Below are positions 59,085 through 64,000 of a stretch of DNA of 64,000 nucleotides, in pieces; the first letter of the stretch is position 1, and the number at the start of each line of letters is the position of its first letter. Source of the DNA: Nannocystales bacterium (GTDB taxonomy: Bacteria; Myxococcota_A; Polyangia; Nannocystales; Nannocystaceae); NCBI GenBank assembly GCA_050633305.1, contig JBOEGF010000032.1, positions 257,222 to 321,221 of the forward strand. Direction: 5' to 3'. The notes below the pieces were generated by a model. It worked only from the letters and a program-made list of their open reading frames with translations, did no database searches and was not told where the DNA came from. The translations under genes and the position numbers were made by a program.

Positions 59085-59294
59085 CCTATTCGCGCCCTCA
59101 CGGGTGCCCCGAGCCACTCTCAGGGCTTGGACAACTTCAGACCAGCACGACGGCCTGCCGAGGCCTCAAGCCGCCCTCGTCAGGTCGCCCGGAATCGTGG
59201 GAAGCAGCCGGGAACCCAGCGGAACGCAGCCAGCGCCAAGCCGCACACGGGCCCGGCATTGGGTGACGGCCAGCCCGGCCGCACCGAACGGACG

Positions 59295-60353
59295 ATGCAA
59301 GGACGCCCTGTGGTCCGTGTGGCCGGCCGTGGTCCGCTCCAAGCCTGCGATGCTGCGCAGAGCACCGCAGGGGTTGCGCGCCACGAGGGACGGCCGAATA
59401 CGGACTGCGTGGACGTCCGAAGCCGTATCCTTGAGGCCCTGCTCACGTCCGCCGTCAAGGCTCGCCCGCGCCGAGCGCTGGACCTGACCCGGCAGGGCTT
59501 CGCCGCGCAGACGCTCGTCTCGCTGGGTGTGGACTGTCGGCGGATCCCGATCGCCCAGGAGATGTACGGCCTCATCGTGTGCACGATGGACTCACTTCGT
59601 CGCATGCGCCCCCTCGTTGCTGCGGAAGGATCGTTGGTCGTCCATACCAAGCCCGGGCAGCACGGCGAGCTTCTTGGCCTCGCAGGAGAGTTTGAGCTGG
59701 TCGCATCGGCTCGTACCCCCGCCGGCGCCTGGTTGCAGCTCCGCCGTGTGGCCGGCCGCAGCGCGGTTGCGCCTCGGGTGTCACTCGTCGTCACGACCCG
59801 CAACGAAGCAGGCGTCCTCGCCCAACTCTTGACCTCACTCGAAGACCAGCCGACCGACCCGGCGTGGGAGTTGGTCCTCGTCGACAGAGGCTCGACAGAT
59901 GCGACCACCGACCTGCTGGAGCGCGTCACGGGCGACGTCCGAAGGATCCGTGTGCCGCGAGACACGAACCCGATCGACGCGATCTTCGCGGGCCTGCGGG
60001 TCGCCCAAGGCGATCTGCTGCTGCCGATGCCGGCGGGACTGGCACCGGGCTGTGGCTTCGTGTCGGCGCTGCTACGACACGAAGGACGCCACCAGATTAC
60101 GGACGCGCCCTTGGTCGGCACGATCGTCGCCCCCGACACCCGGACACTTTGCGGATCGATTCGCGCCATGGGCCGGACCGCCGCCCCGAACACACCGCGT
60201 CGTCTCGCGCGGTGGTTCGAACGAACCGACGGTGTTGTTGTCCCCGGGTTCCGAGTCCGACAGCTACTGCGCGGCCCAACGCCGTCAGTCTGCGACGCGC
60301 CGGAGAGCCTCGATCGCGGAGCGCAACCGAAGCCGAACGCGGTCCTTGCCTAG
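59295..60353 (+). CDS. protein with a degenerate glycosyltransferase family 2 domain
   Basis: [37 protein letters not shown]; DxD absent. Start uncertain; 3' end overlaps gltX. Confidence 0.55.
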   Translation: MQGRPVVRVAGRGPLQACDAAQSTAGVARHEGRPNTDCVDVRSRILEALLTSAVKARPRRALDLTRQGFAAQTLVSLGVDCRRIPIAQEMYGLIVCTMDSLRRMRPLVAAEGSLVVHTKPGQHGELLGLAGEFELVASARTPAGAWLQLRRVAGRSAVAPRVSLVVTTRNEAGVLAQLLTSLEDQPTDPAWELVLVDRGSTDATTDLLERVTGDVRRIRVPRDTNPIDAIFAGLRVAQGDLLLPMPAGLAPGCGFVSALLRHEGRHQITDAPLVGTIVAPDTRTLCGSIRAMGRTAAPNTPRRLARWFERTDGVVVPGFRVRQLLRGPTPSVCDAPESLDRGAQPKPNAVLA

Positions 60354-61766
60354 GGCGGCGAGCGTTTCGAACAGCGAGGGGGACGCGGTTCGTCCGGTGG
60401 CCGCGGCACGCAGCAGCGGGTACAGCTCCTTGGGCTTCCACCCCTGGGCTGCCGCGAACTCCTTGGAGAACTCCCCAAGCCCCTCCACCGTAAACGCTCG
60501 TGCAGCCTCGCTGCGCTCGATGCCCTCGAGGTAGGCCTTGAGCAGCTTGATCGTCTCCTTCTTCTCGCGCTTCTTCGGCACCATCTTGCCGATGACGCTC
60601 GAGTAGTCGACCTCGCCTCCGAAGAAGAACGAAATGTAGGGGAGGAAATCGTCGAGCCGACTGATGCGCTCGCGACTCAGCTCGACCAGCGTATCGAGCC
60701 GTCCACCGAACGCATGTTCGACAAGCACGTCCTTGAGCGTGTCCGGATCCATGGCCCGGATATCGTCACCGCAGAACGCATCGAGCTTGACGCCGTCGAA
60801 CACGGGGCCGCCGGTCTTGACGTGAGACCAGTCGAACGCCTCGACCATCTCGTCGAGCGTGAAGCGCTCTCGGTCCTCGCCCATCGAGAACCCCATCGTC
60901 GCCAAGAAGTTCAGGAACGTGGCGGGCAAGTAGCCCAACGATCGATAGTGGTCGATCGAGACCGGGTTCTTCCGCTTCGAGAGCTTGGACTTGTCCGCGT
61001 TACGCAGCAGGCCCATGTGGAAGAACAGCGGCGGCTCCCACCCAAAGCCCTGATACAGCAGGACGTGTTTCGGACCGGAGGTGATCCAGTCCTCGCCGCG
61101 GATCACATGGGTGATGCCCATGAGGTGGTCGTCGACAACGTTGGCCAAGTGGTACGTCGGAAAACCGTCGGACTTGAGCAACACCTGGTCATCCACCTCG
61201 GCGTTGGAGAACCGAATCTCTCCCCGCAGCTCGTCCACGATGACGGTCTCCCCCTCTTCGGGGACCCGCAGTCGGATGACGTGGGGCTCGCCCGCCTCGG
61301 CTCGTGCAGCGGCCTCCGGGGGGTCGATGCCGCGGCACAGACCGTCATAGCCGGGGTTTTGCTTGTTGGCCTCCTGCTCGGCGCGCATCGCCGCGAGCCG
61401 CTCCGAGGTGCAGAAGCACCGATAGGCGCTGCCATTGTCCAGCAGCGTCTGCACGTGCTCGCGGTAGATCGCGGTACGCTCTGACTGCCGGTACGGACCC
61501 CGGTCTCCGCCGACGTCCGGCCCCTCGTCCCAGTCCAGACCGAGCCACCGCAGCGCATCGAAGATGGCCGTCTCGCTGCTCTGGGTGCTCCGCTGCTGAT
61601 CGGTGTCCTCGATCCGCAGAATGAAGGATCCTCCGTGTTTCTTCGCGAAGGCGTAGTTGAACAAGGCGATGTAGGCGGTCCCCACATGGGGGTCACCCGT
61701 GGGGCTTGGCGCAATGCGTACGCGCGGTGGCATCGTCCCGACCCTGGCCGACTTGGACTCGGACAT
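60285..61766 (-). CDS. gltX: glutamate--tRNA ligase
   Basis: [53 protein letters not shown]. Confidence 0.97.
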   Translation of the reverse strand: MSESKSARVGTMPPRVRIAPSPTGDPHVGTAYIALFNYAFAKKHGGSFILRIEDTDQQRSTQSSETAIFDALRWLGLDWDEGPDVGGDRGPYRQSERTAIYREHVQTLLDNGSAYRCFCTSERLAAMRAEQEANKQNPGYDGLCRGIDPPEAAARAEAGEPHVIRLRVPEEGETVIVDELRGEIRFSNAEVDDQVLLKSDGFPTYHLANVVDDHLMGITHVIRGEDWITSGPKHVLLYQGFGWEPPLFFHMGLLRNADKSKLSKRKNPVSIDHYRSLGYLPATFLNFLATMGFSMGEDRERFTLDEMVEAFDWSHVKTGGPVFDGVKLDAFCGDDIRAMDPDTLKDVLVEHAFGGRLDTLVELSRERISRLDDFLPYISFFFGGEVDYSSVIGKMVPKKREKKETIKLLKAYLEGIERSEAARAFTVEGLGEFSKEFAAAQGWKPKELYPLLRAAATGRTASPSLFETLAALGKDRVRLRLRSAIEALRRVAD

Positions 61767-61814
61767 GGCGAGGAACTACCACAAGCGGTCGGGCCCCGTT
61801 ACACTGGGCGCGCG

Positions 61815-62639
61815 TTGGCCATCGAGCACAGCATTCCTGAGATTCAGAACGCGGTCTGGCCGGTGATCGCCCAACGGGTGTCCGATCGCGCGGCGTCAGC
61901 GGTCGACCTGCTCGACGAGCACCTGCGGGCCGAGGGGCAATTGCGACGCCGCGATGACGAACTCGTCGCCGGAGATCGCGTGCTCAACGGAGATCGTGAA
62001 CTGCTCGCACGCATCGCCCGTGCAACCGGCCTGGGGCTCTCGCTGTACTTGGGCAACCGGCGCGTCGCGTCGTTCTGCACGCTTGCAGCCGGTGCCGCCC
62101 ACGACCTCGGAGGCTACGCGGACGCGCAGCTGGTGGAGACCGTCCTACGCAAAGGGGAGTCGTTTCGCGGGGTCCTGGAGATCGAGGGCCGCCAACACGT
62201 CGTGGCGTCTCGGCCCCTGGTTGCGGGCTCGAGCGGCGAAGACTACGGCCCGATCGGGATGATCGAGGCCTACCAGGACATCGACATCATCCGGGGGCAA
62301 CTCGCGTCCGCCCTCGACGAAGGGTTGGACACCACCGAACGCTCGGCAACCGAGCAACAGGCGGACCGTATGGAGGCGGTCATGGTGTTCATCGACGACG
62401 TCGCACGTCGTCTCCAGCTGCTTGCGCTCAACGGCAACATCCTCGCCGCGCAGGCCGGAGACCATGGCCGCGCATTCCGCGTAGTCTGCCGAGAACTGAG
62501 TTCTCTGGCCGATCAGGCCAAGGGTGCGGTGGCTGAGGTTCGAAGCGTGACCGAGGAGATGGGGCTGCGTCCCATCGACGAGACGGACGCCGATGTGGAG
62601 GACTCCGCTCCACCGCTGCAGCTCAGCTCCGACCGCTGA
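61815..62639 (+). CDS. soluble chemoreceptor-like protein (Cache-like domain plus short MCP signalling tip)
   Basis: No TM; LQLLALNGNILAAQAGDHGRAFRVVCRELSSLA is the MCP hairpin-tip motif. TTG start inferred. Confidence 0.7.
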   Translation: MAIEHSIPEIQNAVWPVIAQRVSDRAASAVDLLDEHLRAEGQLRRRDDELVAGDRVLNGDRELLARIARATGLGLSLYLGNRRVASFCTLAAGAAHDLGGYADAQLVETVLRKGESFRGVLEIEGRQHVVASRPLVAGSSGEDYGPIGMIEAYQDIDIIRGQLASALDEGLDTTERSATEQQADRMEAVMVFIDDVARRLQLLALNGNILAAQAGDHGRAFRVVCRELSSLADQAKGAVAEVRSVTEEMGLRPIDETDADVEDSAPPLQLSSDR

Positions 62640-62886
62640 GCGGATGGCCCGAGCGGGATCCAAGGTCCCTGGGTTGGGACCGCTTCGAGATCTGGCATGG
62701 CCGAAAGGGACATGGTGCCCCAAAGCGACAGTCCCCGACTTTGACTTGTGTTTCTAGGGGGTTAGCGACCCCCTCATTGAAGTCGACACAGGCCGGCGGA
62801 CCGCGAATTCCACGCTTTTTCCGCGTTGTGAGGCTTGTTGCTACGATCGGGCCGTGTTAGCAAAGCACAAGGTCGAGGCCTGACGC

Positions 62887-64000
62887 ATGGACCAGATCTT
62901 CGAGAGTCACTTCGGCGGGAACTCGGGCTCGAGCAACGGTGGTGAAACCGTGGGCTACTGCCCCAAGTGCCGGACCGACACCCAGCACATCATCCTCGAG
63001 AGCTACGGCGAAGAAATTCGGCGTGTGCAGTGCGCGGTATGCGGAGATACGCACGCGTTCAAGCCCCCTCGAGGCGGTGATGACGACAACCCCGAGCCCT
63101 TGGTGGCAAAGAAGCGTGGAGCGCAACGCAAAATGAAATGGCTCGAAGGCGTCAATAACGCCGATCGCGGTAATGCGGCTCGGTATGCCCCTAAAACCCT
63201 GTTTGCTGTCGGTCAGCTGATCGTGCACCCGCACTTCGGCGTGGGCTTCGTCGCGGACCTGACCGGGGACCGGAAGGTCGAGGTCATGTTCCGCAACGAC
63301 CTCGCGCGCGTGTTGGTGCACGGCCGAGGCCAAAACGACGAAGAACTCCGCGGAGATCGGGTCCCCGAGGAAGAGGTGCAGCAGCTCCTCGGCATCGAGA
63401 TGGGCCCCTCCCCCGAAGAGATCGCCGAAGAGCGCGAGCGCAAGCACGCCGCCGAAGAGGCCGAGAAGCAGCGCGTCGCGGAGGAGAAGCGACTCGCCGC
63501 CGAGCGAGAGCGACAAGCCGCGATCGAGCGACGCGAAGCCGAACGCCGGGCCCGAGAAGAAGAGCGCGAGAACAAGCGCAAAGAGCGAGAAGAAGAGCGC
63601 GAGCGCAAGCGCAAGGAGAAAGAGGCCGAGCGTCAGCGTCGGGCCGAAGAGCGTCGCCTCGAGCAAGAGCGTCGCCGTCTCGAAGCTCTTCGCAAGCGCG
63701 AGGAAGAGAAACAGCGCCGCGAGGAAGAACGCGAACGCAAGCGCCTGGAGAAGGAAGCCGAGCGGGAGCGCAAGCGACAAGAGCGTGAGGCCGAGAAGGC
63801 CCGCAAGAACGCTGAGCGCGAGAAAGAGCGTCTGGCCAAAGAGAAGGAGCGCGAGAAAGAGCGCCAGGCCAAAGAGCGCGAGAAAGAGCGTCTGGCCAAA
63901 GAGAAGGAGCGCGAGAAAGAGCGCCAGGCCAAAGAGCGCGAGAAGGAGCGCCAGGCCAAGGAGCGCGAGAAGGAAAAACTCGCCAAGCAGCGCGAGAAGG
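62887..64000 (+). CDS. zinc-ribbon + small beta (DUF3553/Tudor-like) domain + long E/R/K helix protein, runs off the window end
   Basis: Open frame from ATG 62887, absent from the ORF track: CPKC...H...CAVC...H, GQLIVHPHFGVGFV...KVEVMF, then >150 aa E/R/K/A. Confidence 0.85.
   Translation, partial: MDQIFESHFGGNSGSSNGGETVGYCPKCRTDTQHIILESYGEEIRRVQCAVCGDTHAFKPPRGGDDDNPEPLVAKKRGAQRKMKWLEGVNNADRGNAARYAPKTLFAVGQLIVHPHFGVGFVADLTGDRKVEVMFRNDLARVLVHGRGQNDEELRGDRVPEEEVQQLLGIEMGPSPEEIAEERERKHAAEEAEKQRVAEEKRLAAERERQAAIERREAERRAREEERENKRKEREEERERKRKEKEAERQRRAEERRLEQERRRLEALRKREEEKQRREEERERKRLEKEAERERKRQEREAEKARKNAEREKERLAKEKEREKERQAKEREKERLAKEKEREKERQAKEREKERQAKEREKEKLAKQREK
63814..64000 (+). repeat. 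coding tandem repeat, 60-nt period built of 27/33-nt units
   Basis: Lines 63841 and 63901 are nearly identical; encodes (EK)EREKER(L/Q)AK repeats. Confidence 0.85.

Noticed and set aside
59179..59209. SRP (4.5S) RNA-like words GTCAGGTC...GGAAGCAGCC
   Set aside because: The apical stem around GGAA does not pair and no flanking long helix is evident; probably chance.
62694..62730. c-di-GMP-I riboswitch-like GAAA...CAAAGC
   Set aside because: Lacks the GCAAAC/GACGCAAAGC core and a second-stem receptor.
63814..64000. CRISPR-like periodic repeats
   Set aside because: In-frame coding tandem repeats with no unique spacers and no cas genes.

Overview
High-GC chromosomal window from a myxobacterium-like genome (Myxococcota; inferred from the Ser/Thr kinase, many lipoproteins, CdnL/CarD-type gene, lspA-lgt-lspA and split nuo operon). 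It is mostly housekeeping and envelope genes: VWA pair, xdhAB, mtaB, putP, panD, prfA-zapA-tyrS, dusA, lspA-lgt-lspA, pabB-like, pgsA, nadB, nuoABCDGHI and gltX. I saw no transposase, prophage, CRISPR array, rRNA or tRNA. Signals the ORF track misses or does not explain: (1) a lipoprotein DsbA-like selenoprotein split by an in-frame TGA (U-P-F-C) with a SECIS hairpin 11 nt downstream; (2) a small operon for a diheme cytochrome c lipoprotein plus a His-tipped outer-membrane beta-barrel, divergent from a RegB/RegA pair, with two tandem GCGAC-N5-GTCGC RegA-type boxes between them (best candidate for an undescribed system); (3) a type III R-M pair whose Res keeps all ATPase motifs but has no nuclease domain; (4) NuoH fused to an N-terminal lipoprotein signal and Ig-like domain; (5) a 6S RNA at about 58.9-59.1 kb; (6) a recurrent -10 hexamer 6-11 nt before start codons, suggesting leaderless mRNAs; (7) a streptopain-like protease with a fascin-like insert. 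Family calls come from motif recognition by eye, not database searches.
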